Below are positions 35,790-46,100 of a DNA stretch of 64,000 bases, one piece after another. The stretch is taken from the NCBI GenBank assembly GCA_010405405.1, contig MU004241.1, forward strand, positions 62,001 through 126,000, given 5' to 3'. The translations under genes and the position numbers were made by a program. This DNA comes from Microthyrium microscopicum (Eukaryota). How positions within the stretch are numbered: the stretch's first letter is position 1; each line of letters starts with the position of its first letter. The notes beneath the pieces are model-generated. The model was not told the origin of the DNA. It ran no database searches and was given only the letters and a program-made list of their open reading frames with translations.

Positions 35790-36437
35790 ATGTCATCAAA
35801 CGTCGGTCTCTCCACGCCCCGTGGATCCGGCACATCAGGCTACGTACAACGCAACCTCAGCCATCTCAAACCCCGCGACCCACGTCCCACGCACAATCCA
35901 GCCGAGTATGCCTCACACATCCCACGGGCGCCCGACCCAGCAATCCTCGAGCACGAGCGTAAACGTAAAATAGAAGTCTCCTGTCTCGAGTTGAGAGATG
36001 AACTGGAGGAAGAGGGCAAGCTCGATGAAGACGCTATCGATGAGAAGGTCGACAAACTACGGGCTAAGCTTAGCAAAGAAAGCGAGTCGGCTTCTGCGTC
36101 AACTGTGAAGAGAGGCGAGAAGTTGACGACACATGAGGGCGCGAGGGCAAAGGAGCTGGAAAGTGAGAGGGTGCGCAAGGCGTTGGGGATTGGACGGGAT
36201 TATGTGGAGGGAAGTCATTGGAAGAGGCAGGAGGAGCGGAGGGCGGCTGCTATTAAGCAGGAGGAGGGCGGTGAGGCTGATGAGAAGGCACGAGGTGGTG
36301 AGCGGGAACGAAGACGAGAGCGAGACGGTCAGGACGAGCGCGAACGACGACGGGATCGCTATCGAGACCGCGATGGCGAGCGGTACGAGGACCGAAGAAG
36401 TCCATCACGGAGCCGGAGCCCTGTGCGCGATGATTAG
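35790..36437 (+). CDS. CWC21: Pre-mRNA splicing factor Cwc21 (SRm300 N-terminal-like) with RD/RS tail
   Basis: MSSNVGLSTPRGSGTSGYVQRNL; ILEHERKRKIEV..LRDELEE; YVEGSHW. Confidence 0.93.
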   Translation: MSSNVGLSTPRGSGTSGYVQRNLSHLKPRDPRPTHNPAEYASHIPRAPDPAILEHERKRKIEVSCLELRDELEEEGKLDEDAIDEKVDKLRAKLSKESESASASTVKRGEKLTTHEGARAKELESERVRKALGIGRDYVEGSHWKRQEERRAAAIKQEEGGEADEKARGGERERRRERDGQDERERRRDRYRDRDGERYEDRRSPSRSRSPVRDD

Positions 36438-36900
36438 TATCCAAGCGGACGGGATTTTGAGCGACGAAGACATAGCCAGGATCGCAATCGACCCACCCGA
36501 TATGATTCGGTTCAACGTAATTTCGAACATCATGAGCACCACAGAAGTAAGCCATTTGAAATCAACCGCAATCGTGGTGCCGGGCATCTGCCCCGAGCTA
36601 GACAGAGGAGCAATAGTCCTGTGCGTGATGATTAGGGATCGATCGCAGGGAAACAAATACTTATGAATGATGCGGCTATGCATCGCATGGGTGAAGATGA
36701 AATCTGGCTGTACTACGGCGAGTACTGAGTTATGATGCTTCACGGTAGACATGACGATGCTATGAGGACTTTGGGTTGTACACGCTAACATAGCTAACCT
36801 TACACTTGCATGGGATATGCGTGCACGCCTATATTGTATAAATACTCTATTTTAGAAGACCTCCAGATTCAACGCCATGATATAAACCCTCGTGTCAACT

Positions 36901-37771
36901 TTACAACTTATGTCTCTTTTGCTTGCTTGCCATCTTCGCGAATTGCTCTTGTGGGATACCTGCCAAAAATCGTTCCATACCGCCAAATACTTCTGCGACT
37001 CCTTGAGCATCCATCTTCTCCTTGTATGGCGCGCGAATGAGTGCCTTGACCTTCATCATAGAGTCAGGGTTCAAGTGATCGCCCATGCGTTCCTTGATCT
37101 CTTCCAAAACAGCTGCTAGGAACTTGTCACTCTCATCACGTCCAAAATTGAATAGCTTGTTCACATAGCCTGTCTGCACTAGCTCTTCCGCGCTGATGCG
37201 CTTGCTTTGGATAAGTGCCTCGTTGGCCTTGGCTATTCCCAATCTCTGGACAAAAGCGATACTGGCGTTACCCTCGGTCACAAGTCCCAATGATGTGAAT
37301 GGTGTCAGAAGGAAAGAGTGAGGCTGAGCATATACAAAGTCGGCGAAACCGGTGATTGCGGCGGATAGACCGACAGCAGGTCCGTTGAGGGCGATGCATA
37401 GGATCTTGGGATGGGTGTAGAAGGCGTGTGTGAGGTAGATGTTCTGGGCTACGAAACCGCGGAGGTAGTACTCAACTTCTGCGGAAGGTTGGGAGGAATC
37501 GGCGGGTTTGCGTGGGGCGGTCACGTCGGCGCCACTGGAAGGGGTCAGTTTGAGCTTCTGCGTGATAGCAGTGGGGATCTTACGCGGAGAAGTAACGGCC
37601 TTTACCGGTGATGACAGTGATATGTATCTCTGGCATTGCAGCAATGCGGTTCATCAGAGCAGCGAGCTCAAAGTAGTTGGCGGCATTGAGAGCATTGAGC
37701 TTTGGCTCTTTGTTGAAGGTGATGATAGCGACATTGCCGCGCTTCTCGAAGAGGATTTCTTGTCCTGACAT
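36901..37771 (-). CDS. ECI1: Peroxisomal delta3,delta2-enoyl-CoA isomerase (crotonase family); intron 37535..37583
   Basis: KLNAL, GKGRYFSA-GADV after splicing, ALNGPAVGLSAA, PFTSLGLVTEG, PTS1-like end KRHKL. Confidence 0.88.
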
Positions 37772-38296
37772 GTTGGCGATTGTATGTTTCCTGGCTCTTG
37801 GTATTGTGTTTGGAGTGATAGAGAGGAAGAAAGATAGTCAACTCCTAGCGGGGTGAAGAACAGTATGTGATGCAGGTCCTTGACTTGATTCCTCAGAAAA
37901 TACCGAGCGACGTCTGATTACCTCGGCCCATGAGTCGAATGCGTTGAGGGGCTATGCTTGATACAAACCATTGGCCTGCATCCATGGCCGTTGAGTTCAA
38001 TCGGCCAACATGGTGATGGAGGAGAGAATACAGTTGGCTACATCTCTTGAAATATTGAATTTGGGATCTTGATGTATTGTTTCGAGAAATGAAGCTTGGC
38101 GGTTGTTGGTGTTGAGTCGCGTCCAGTTGTGAAGCTCCACCAAAATTTTAAGCCGCACGGATGTTGCCATGATCGTTGTGACTTCACTCCATCATCGATT
38201 CCTATACCCATCCACCAACCAGCCATAAACCATCCATAAAACCCTTGGAGACTCGATCAAAGTCTTTTGAGCTGTGGACCAAGCAATAAAGTCATC

Positions 38297-38685
38297 ATGG
38301 GCGGGCCAAATCTCGAAGTTTTCAAGGTACGTGATTGCTTGCCACCAGAGTCAAGAGCTATACTAATAAATTCTAGTTCGGCATTTATGTCTTGTTTCCC
38401 ATTGGCATCATGTACTACTTCGGCACAAACCTCGATCAACGATTCTCCGTCCCTGATTTCTGGCCCACAAAAGAACAATCCAACAAAGTCCCACGCGACT
38501 TCCACGAGCTAGACGGCGAGTTGGAAAGACTACGATTACGACGGCTTGAGGTACGAAGATTAAGGTTGGAGCAAGAAGCCTTGGATGCTGGAAATTTTGA
38601 AGAGGTGGCCAAATTAAGAACTCAACGGTTTCCACCTCAAGTGGTCGGCGAGATGGGCAGGCGCATACGAGGACGAGAAGGATGA
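38297..38685 (+). CDS. PET100: Cytochrome c oxidase assembly factor Pet100; intron 38327..38376
   Basis: Spliced MGGPNLEVFK-FGIYVLFPIGIMYYFGTNLDQRFSVPDFWP. Confidence 0.88.
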
Positions 38686-39292
38686 GGGCTCGCTAAAGGA
38701 CATAAAAATATGCGGCATTTGCAAGGCGTTGATGATTATATGGTGGAACGATACCCCAACAACGAATATGTACCGTACTGGAGCGACTCATATATCACTT
38801 TGCCATAGAATGGACACTCAACTCATATCATCGCGGTAGTCTATTCAGGACTGGAGTATATACGAGGAACACATATTTGTCTCTTCTTTCAGATTGGATA
38901 CCTGCTGGATTCAAATCACTCCATTGTAGGATGTCTCTCAGGCTGACAGCGAGGTATCTGGAACTCAGTCTACAATGAGGCGATGGAATTCTTTTGGCAA
39001 GTCAGATGAAAAATTATGTTCAGACTCTTCTTTCACCTCTTTCCCACCTAATGTACGTACGCTACATGACTCTAACACCTCCTCATTATTCAAGCTATCA
39101 ACCTCACAGAGCCTCTAAGGCTCTAACTCTTCACCACAAAGTCCATCCCAGCAACCGTACAAGAAATATTCTCTGCCTGGTACCATCGAAATACATTAAC
39201 TTGACCCTCGCCAAAATCCAACACCAACCCATCTCGAGCTTTCAAATACCTCTGCTCAAAAAACCCAATCTAAGAGTGCATTGCCATCAATA

Positions 39293-39700
39293 ATGCCGGC
39301 TTTGACTCACCTGCTCCCCGGGATCGGGAAGACAATTGTTGCCATACACATCGCAACCTTGTTCCTCGGTTCGGTTGTCTACATGTTGATTGTCTATCTC
39401 TCAGCTCTTGTCTGGTTTCTCCACTGCTGCTTCAATTTTCTTTCCAAGCAAGCGTCAGATCCAGCTATTCCGCCACCCGTTCCTGGTTCTACTACCATTA
39501 CTGGGCCCAGAATGCCCGCGGGCGGTTCTCGTGGGCATCTCATTTGACTGGAGACGACGAGCGGCCAAATCAGTGGAATCGCTCTAGGCTTGCTTTTTCA
39601 AGTTCCTAAATAACGCATATCTTGGACCATTGGAATTGTGTTTGCTATGGCGACAAGAAGAGGTACCTGGTTGTCAACGGCGGATCCTTCCGATGCCAGT
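39293..39700 (+). pseudogene. Degenerate first copy of the tandem family at 39943 and 41327 (3' boundary approximate)
   Basis: TM segment then TTITGPRMPAGGSRGHLI*LET..LLFQVPK*RISW, aligning to ATITGVRIPANGSSPHLITLKT..FLLHVPDLRQFW; in-frame stops at 39545 and 39611. Confidence 0.75.
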
Positions 39701-39942
39701 CTAAGAAAGACCCTACGAGACAATCGAAAGTTATTTGTCTCTTCTGAGACTTGTTGCTCTACCCGACCCCTGCAATCCAATGCTATGGTGTCACATTTTG
39801 GCAACTCATAAATACTTAAATTGCTTTGCGGCACCCGCTGTGCTCTTACTATAGACTCTGCAAGAAAAACAAGGCCATCAGCCCATCGCAAGCTGTACTC
39901 TTATTCATCCTCGCTACCGCCCATCCCCAAGCCACATACAAG

Positions 39943-40746
39943 ATGTCAGATTCATTTCATGTCACTCTTGGTGTCCCTCCAAGACAATCTGAATTCGTGT
40001 GCTACGATAAGACGATCCCAAACTCTCCTGTCGTGGAGCAAGTAAAGTTCTTCTCAATCTTCATCCTGGCATATGCTTGGACTCTCTACAGCGCCTTCCG
40101 CAGCCTCAAGTATCTCCTTCGCTGGCTTTGGTGCTCCGAATGTGATCTCCCACCACATAATCGCCCAATCGCGACTATCACTGGAGTCCGAATTCCAGCC
40201 AACGGCTCGTCTCCTCATCTCATCACACTCAAGACAATGACGCCCAAAGACTGCGATCGTGCCAGAGACGAATTCCTGCTTCACGTTCCAGATCTACGAC
40301 AATTCTGGATAACCACCAAAGCCTGGCGTTCTCGCGACATGAAGAGATTGGATCTCTTGCGCGATGTTAATATCGGCAATGGGCATAGAGAGCAGCAACA
40401 AGACCTGGTCAGGCAATTACTTGGTGGTTCAGAGCAGTGCTGCGTCAAAAGGACGCGCAAAACGATGCAACGACATACTTGCCCTCAAGAGTATCACATC
40501 CCTCAAAGGCACTACAGCGATCTAATCATGGGGACTTACTACCTCCTCCACTCTATGGGAGATGACGGCAGCCTGCATAGAAACCAGTCCGTACCTAATT
40601 GGCTGGGTCCCAATTACAGTGGCGATGTCTTCATTGTTAAGATGGCCAAAGAAGCGCAGAACGAATACGGATGGGCAGTCTATGAGAACATGAGTACGGA
40701 GTTTCTGAGCTTCCTATCCGAAGGACCAGTAAAGGTTGCTGCGTAG
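39943..40746 (+). CDS. Uncharacterised protein with N-terminal TM segment; tandem family copy 2
   Basis: First ATG at 39943 in ORF 39826..40746; motifs RIPANGSSPHLI, VPDLRQFW, NQSVPNWL, YSGDVFIVKMA, EFLSFLSEGP. Confidence 0.8.
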   Translation: MSDSFHVTLGVPPRQSEFVCYDKTIPNSPVVEQVKFFSIFILAYAWTLYSAFRSLKYLLRWLWCSECDLPPHNRPIATITGVRIPANGSSPHLITLKTMTPKDCDRARDEFLLHVPDLRQFWITTKAWRSRDMKRLDLLRDVNIGNGHREQQQDLVRQLLGGSEQCCVKRTRKTMQRHTCPQEYHIPQRHYSDLIMGTYYLLHSMGDDGSLHRNQSVPNWLGPNYSGDVFIVKMAKEAQNEYGWAVYENMSTEFLSFLSEGPVKVAA

Positions 40747-41326
40747 GGGTCATCAGCACAGAACAGATGACTGTAGAGTATTTTGTGGAGCACAATGCCC
40801 TGTAGTATTGTAATATTCTCATGATGGTTATTTTAATCGAAGCTCAGCTTTTCTCATCATTGTATTATGGCTCTGTGACCAAAATGTAGCCGTGATAGCC
40901 AAGAGTAGTCCTCTTCATTGATAGTATTCTCGCCTTGATACCTTCTCACGTCTTGCGACACAGTAGATTGTCCGTGAGCGGCCTCGATGGACTGCCTACC
41001 TGGAGAGATAAGTAAAGAACGTTCGAAATTCTGAAATCATTACACGAAGGGCTGCTCTGTAAACCGAAAACATCCTGAGAGCACTCATGAGCATCTTAAG
41101 ATGGAAAGCTCCATCTCTTCTCAGCGTCACTTTCCGACTAATGACAGTCCTAGGTTGCTGAGGCATCAACATCCAACACCTTACACTGAGCTGGAGCTGC
41201 CTCAACCACAACAATTCTCTGACTACACCTACTACTCCAAACCTTGGAAACGCATCAACAGCAAGCTTCTTCTTCAAGGGCTCTAGCCAATCTCTTTAAG
41301 CTTCCTAGCTCTTCAATTTCTTCAAC

Positions 41327-41932
41327 ATGTTTGTTTGGATTCTCGGCGTCCTCATCCTGATATGCTTCTTCCTTGCCATCTGTGGCGGAGAAGGTGATCG
41401 ATTATCTCTACCTCCACCGCCTCCATCTGTGGCCATTGTTGCTGTCAGGCTGCCTGCTGACGGCTCTTCTCCTCATCTCATCCCGCTCGATACAACAGTA
41501 GCCTTCAGGGGCGAATTCGGCCATCCTTACAATATACCAGATTTGCGGCGCTTTTGGGCTACCAATCATGTGTGGCAGTCTGGCTTGAAAGAAAGATTCA
41601 ACATCTCCTTCCATCCTTCAGACCCACACAAACATCTCCACTGGCAGCAAGATCTAGAAGAACGTGTCCTACTTCAACTCGGCATACACTATCAAATGCG
41701 CTTGCATCATGGTCATCAAATCGCTGGGCGCTATCAGGTCTTATGCTCAAGTGACATTGATGGCAGTCTTCCACAAAATCAGTCCATTCCTGCCTGGTTA
41801 CCACGCCAAAACTACAACGGCGATGTTTTCATTGTGAAGATGGCGGGAGTGGACCGGAATGGATGGACACAATTTGACGATGTCGTGCCCGAGTTCCTGT
41901 TGTTTCTATCCGAAGGACCTTTTCCCGGCTAG
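41327..41932 (+). CDS. Uncharacterised protein with N-terminal hydrophobic segment; tandem family copy 3
   Basis: RLPADGSSPHLI, IPDLRRFW, NQSIPAWL, YNGDVFIVKMA, EFLLFLSEGP. Confidence 0.8.
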   Translation: MFVWILGVLILICFFLAICGGEGDRLSLPPPPPSVAIVAVRLPADGSSPHLIPLDTTVAFRGEFGHPYNIPDLRRFWATNHVWQSGLKERFNISFHPSDPHKHLHWQQDLEERVLLQLGIHYQMRLHHGHQIAGRYQVLCSSDIDGSLPQNQSIPAWLPRQNYNGDVFIVKMAGVDRNGWTQFDDVVPEFLLFLSEGPFPG

Positions 41933-42858
41933 AGCAAAGGTTGGGCGAAACGTGCGTTCATGTATACTGCCTTGACGCCAGAGATATCTCCCAGCTTTTC
42001 AACGAACTCTCTCACCGTCTCACCTGTCTCCTGATCCACGCTATCTTCAGCCACCATCATATCGCCCTTGGCTTCCCACACAATCTCGGACTCGTCAAGC
42101 CTCAACCCAAGTTTCTTCAGCGCATCGCCTACGGTCTTCATATCGTCTACTTCCGTCCACACCGTCCACCTCCCATCCTCCTCCTGCTGAAAATCAAGCC
42201 CACCAGCATCCATGGTAGCTTCTGCCATTTTCTCCTCATCAACCTCTCCCAAAAATACCAATTGGCCCCTCTTGTCAAACAGAAACGCTGTATTTGAGTC
42301 CGTTGCACCAAACAACTTGTACACTTTCCTCAATTCGATCTTCGTCCCCGCCCGATTCTCCGTCAACAAATCTATCAACAGCGCCACTCCACCCGGACCC
42401 AAGGCCTCCTCCGTAGCACTTTCCAATTTCGCGCCGCTGGTCGTCAAACCTTGACCGCGCGCTATGGCAGCGTCGATATTGGCTTTTGGTAAACTGTTCT
42501 TGCGTGCGCGCACAAGTGCGTCGGCGAGTCGCGGATTGCCGTTTGGATCAGGGCCGCCAACTATTCTTGTGAATTAGATTTGTATATCAAACGTTCGTTC
42601 GAGAGGGGGCGTCGTACTTTTCGAGGCGTGTATGATTTCGGCGGCGAGGGCGGTGCGTAGTCTGCCTTTGTTAACGTCGGCGCGTCCTTTGTCCAGTTTG
42701 ATGGTTGGCCATTTGCCTTTGCGATTGGGAGATGAGGAGAAAAGTCGATGGGGTGTGTGGACGATCCATTGGCGGCGAAGGGAGCAGTATTGAGGTCTTG
42801 TTGATGTTGTGAAAAGGCGCGCTTTTATGGGATGAATAGCGAAAGCTGGGGGCGCCAT
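41929..42858 (-). CDS. TACO1: Mitochondrial TACO1/YebC family protein; intron 42561..42617
   Basis: Basic presequence-like N-terminus; KWPTIKLDK; GGPDPNGNPRL; LPKANIDAAI; EALGPGGVALLIDLLTEN; FLFDKRG; VYMN. Confidence 0.88.
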
Positions 42859-43156
42859 TTAGGCTACACATGTATTGAGTAGTACCTATGTACTGTAGTA
42901 GCCAAGATGGCACTGAAAATAAAAAGTCGACATCAAGATTTGAACCGATGTTACGACCAGACAACTAGCCAATCAGAGAGCGATCAAGCCGTTCAAGCTC
43001 CGGCCACGAAACGACGTTGAAGATCAACCTTAAGCTGCTCCTGAACATATCTTCAGTGCTTCCTCTCCATAATCACATAATCATTATGTCCGCTCTCGAG
43101 CACATTCAACTCGACATTGACTGTAACATCACCGATCATTGAAATCATCATCCACC

Positions 43157-46100
43157 ATGGCGGACGCCAGCCCACCCGCTTCCAATGGCCATAGCGATAC
43201 TCCCGATCTCGACATTCAAAAGTTGCACGCCCTTCCTTCAGAGCAGCAAGAACTCTTCCTTCTTACCTTTACCGCCGAGTTATTGCGCTTCGTTTCAAGC
43301 CTGGATGCCGATGGAGCATCCGCACACCAAATCCATATTAAGCGGACCCTCTTCAAGATTCTCGCACTGCCTGTCCCCGCGCCAACCCGAGTTATCCGCA
43401 ACAATCTCGGTGCTTGCTTTGCCCAGATCTTCGGCAAAGGAAATAGAAAACTACTTTTTGAGAGTATCAATGAGCTCGTGGGCCTAGTCGGTGTGGGCAA
43501 GACAGATAAAGACGCAAGCACGCGACACGCAGCAATCCATTGTTTAGGCGCCATATTCGAAGCAGCTGGTGATAGCGCGATCAATCTCTCGATCCTTGTT
43601 GTCACAACACTATTGAAGACTCTCAAAAACTCGTCAAACCATGCGGGCATTCGCGGATCTATCTTCAAGGCGCTCGGTCGACTATACATTGGTGTCAACA
43701 TTGGAGCAGACGAAGCGGGCGCGCGAGATGTATGGCGACAAGCTCGCAATGCGACGTCGGGAGATAAGGCGCAGATGGTACAGGTGCGGGCCTGCTATTG
43801 CATGCAGCAATTGATGGAACATACAGCATTTTTCGATAATTCGAATGACTACGAGAAAATGCTCGCCGCACTTTATAAAGGGATGGAGACAAATTCTGCA
43901 ATGGTGCGGCACGCAGTGGCGGCTTGCTGGAGTACTGCGCTTGTGAAGAGCTACTCGGAGGAGCCCAAAGCAGAGACCATTGTTAGACCAAGGAAGCCTA
44001 AAAAGCGAGGGACGAAAGGGCCGAACCCGGATGAAGAAGAAGAGATCGAACGACCGGATTCTCCTGCTCCAACTCGGCCGGCTACTACTCTATCATTTGG
44101 ACTTGGAGATATACTTCGTCAATTGACCAGTCACTATGTGCGACATGCAACGAGCAACAAGGCTAGAGCAGCTGTTGCGATTTGCTACATTAGAACATTA
44201 CGCGGTCTAGGAGAGGGTGTAATTGAGACCGAATACGGGACTATAGCGCGTCATCTCTTCGGCGACTTATTAGGAGCTGCAACCATTTCCAACAACAGAT
44301 ACAGAGCGCTAACTGCAAGACAAATTGTGCGGACTATACTTGAAGATGTTGTGGGGAAATCTATTCTTGGTGAATCCGCTCAGCTTAGAGCCGCCAAGTA
44401 TCTGATCAACGACGTGCTGAAAGACTACCCTCAAGTCCTGAAAGAACGACCAGAGCCTCCAAAACAAGTTCTCATTGGGACACTGAGCGCATTATCATCA
44501 CTGGTCCTCTCGCTGGGAGATGGAATTAGCAGTATTGCGGATTCGTGCCGAGATGCGCTGTTGCAAGTGCTCACGCATCCGAGTTATACGGTCCAGGTGT
44601 ATACGGCCAATTGTCTGAAGGCTTTCGTCTTCGCATGCCCACAATTGCTTCTCTCTTGTGTAACCATATGTATGAATGGTCTGACTAGAGAACTCGGACA
44701 ACTATCAAGCGGGAGACAGACATCGCGAAAGTGCGTTGGCTTGGCTAATGGGCTGGCTGCCATTCTCAGTGTATCGACTGATCAGCCTCTATATGGTTCT
44801 GTGGATGTGTTTTCGCGCGTTTTATCACAAGCCACAACACTGCTTAAATCATCGAGCAGCAATTCGGACCTCCGTCTTTCTAGTACTCAAATTCAAGTCG
44901 CCTGGATTCTGCTTGGGGGACTCATGACACTCGGGCCCAATTTTGTCAAGATACATACATCACAGCTTCTCTTGCTTTGGAAGAACGCACTACCGAAACC
45001 CTTGAATAAGGATAACATAGCCAGCCGCAACATGCTGGAATTGAGCTTTCTAGCTCACGTTCGAGAGTGCGCACTCGGAACAATACTCACTTTCTTAGAG
45101 TACAACAAAAGACTGCTGACCATAGATGTTACCAAACGATTGGCGACAATGCTTCATAATACAACCATTTTCCTGGGCAGCCTACCGTCCAAGAAGAGCA
45201 CAGATGATATGAATCAGCGACTGTCACCATCCCTGCAGCTATTTGACTTTGACCTCATGGTTCGGAGAAGAGTACTACAGTGTTACTCGCGACTCATCAT
45301 TGATGCACCACAAGGGACAAGCGAGATCATTCTTCAGACAAATCTGCTACCTCTCACAATATCATGTTTTGCATCACCTGACAACTACACACAAAATACC
45401 TCGATTAGCGCTGCTATTGCTAGCTCATCGGGGTCTTTTGAGAGCATTTGGGACGTGGGCGATAACCACGGTTTCGGCGTAACTACTTTGGTCCGAGGTT
45501 TTGACTTGGAATTATATCCCGGAGAGAATAATAGTGAAGAGAGTCAAAGCTGGATTTCGGATAAAGGCAGCTATTCTGTCATTGAAACATTGGTATGAAC
45601 GCTAACTTCTATTCACGACGACCTTGCTAAATTCTACTAGCTTCTCTCACCCATAGGCCGCGGTCGGGAATATGACTCAATCAAGCTTTACAGCAGTAAA
45701 GTAAAGACCATATCTCCAATAGCAGAACCACCGGCTACGGAAGTCGTGAATGCGGCTATACACCTGTTTGCTATTCTATTCCCTCTTCAAGGCCACCGTA
45801 TTCAAGAGAGCATCCTTGAGCAACTTAGGTCATTCATGGGTGATAGCAGTCTACTGCGAGATCCTGCAAGGAAAGAAGCAATGTCAGTGAACATGGCAAT
45901 GGCATTACTAGGAGCCCTCAAAGTCACCGTAAAAGAGACTGTCCTACCTTCAGGCGATATTCGGAACGAATCAGTGACAACTCTGATGCGATCGCTGTTC
46001 CGTGGCCTCCTCATACACCCAGATCAGTATGTTCGGCATATTGCTGCTCAAGGTATTGGAAGACTTGCTCGTGTCGCCGGCAACCAGTTCACGGTCAAGG

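Noticed and set aside
36383..36437. An intron (GTACGA..TAG) removing the first CWC21 stop
   Set aside because: No good branch site, and splicing would shift out of the frame encoding the second SPVRDD
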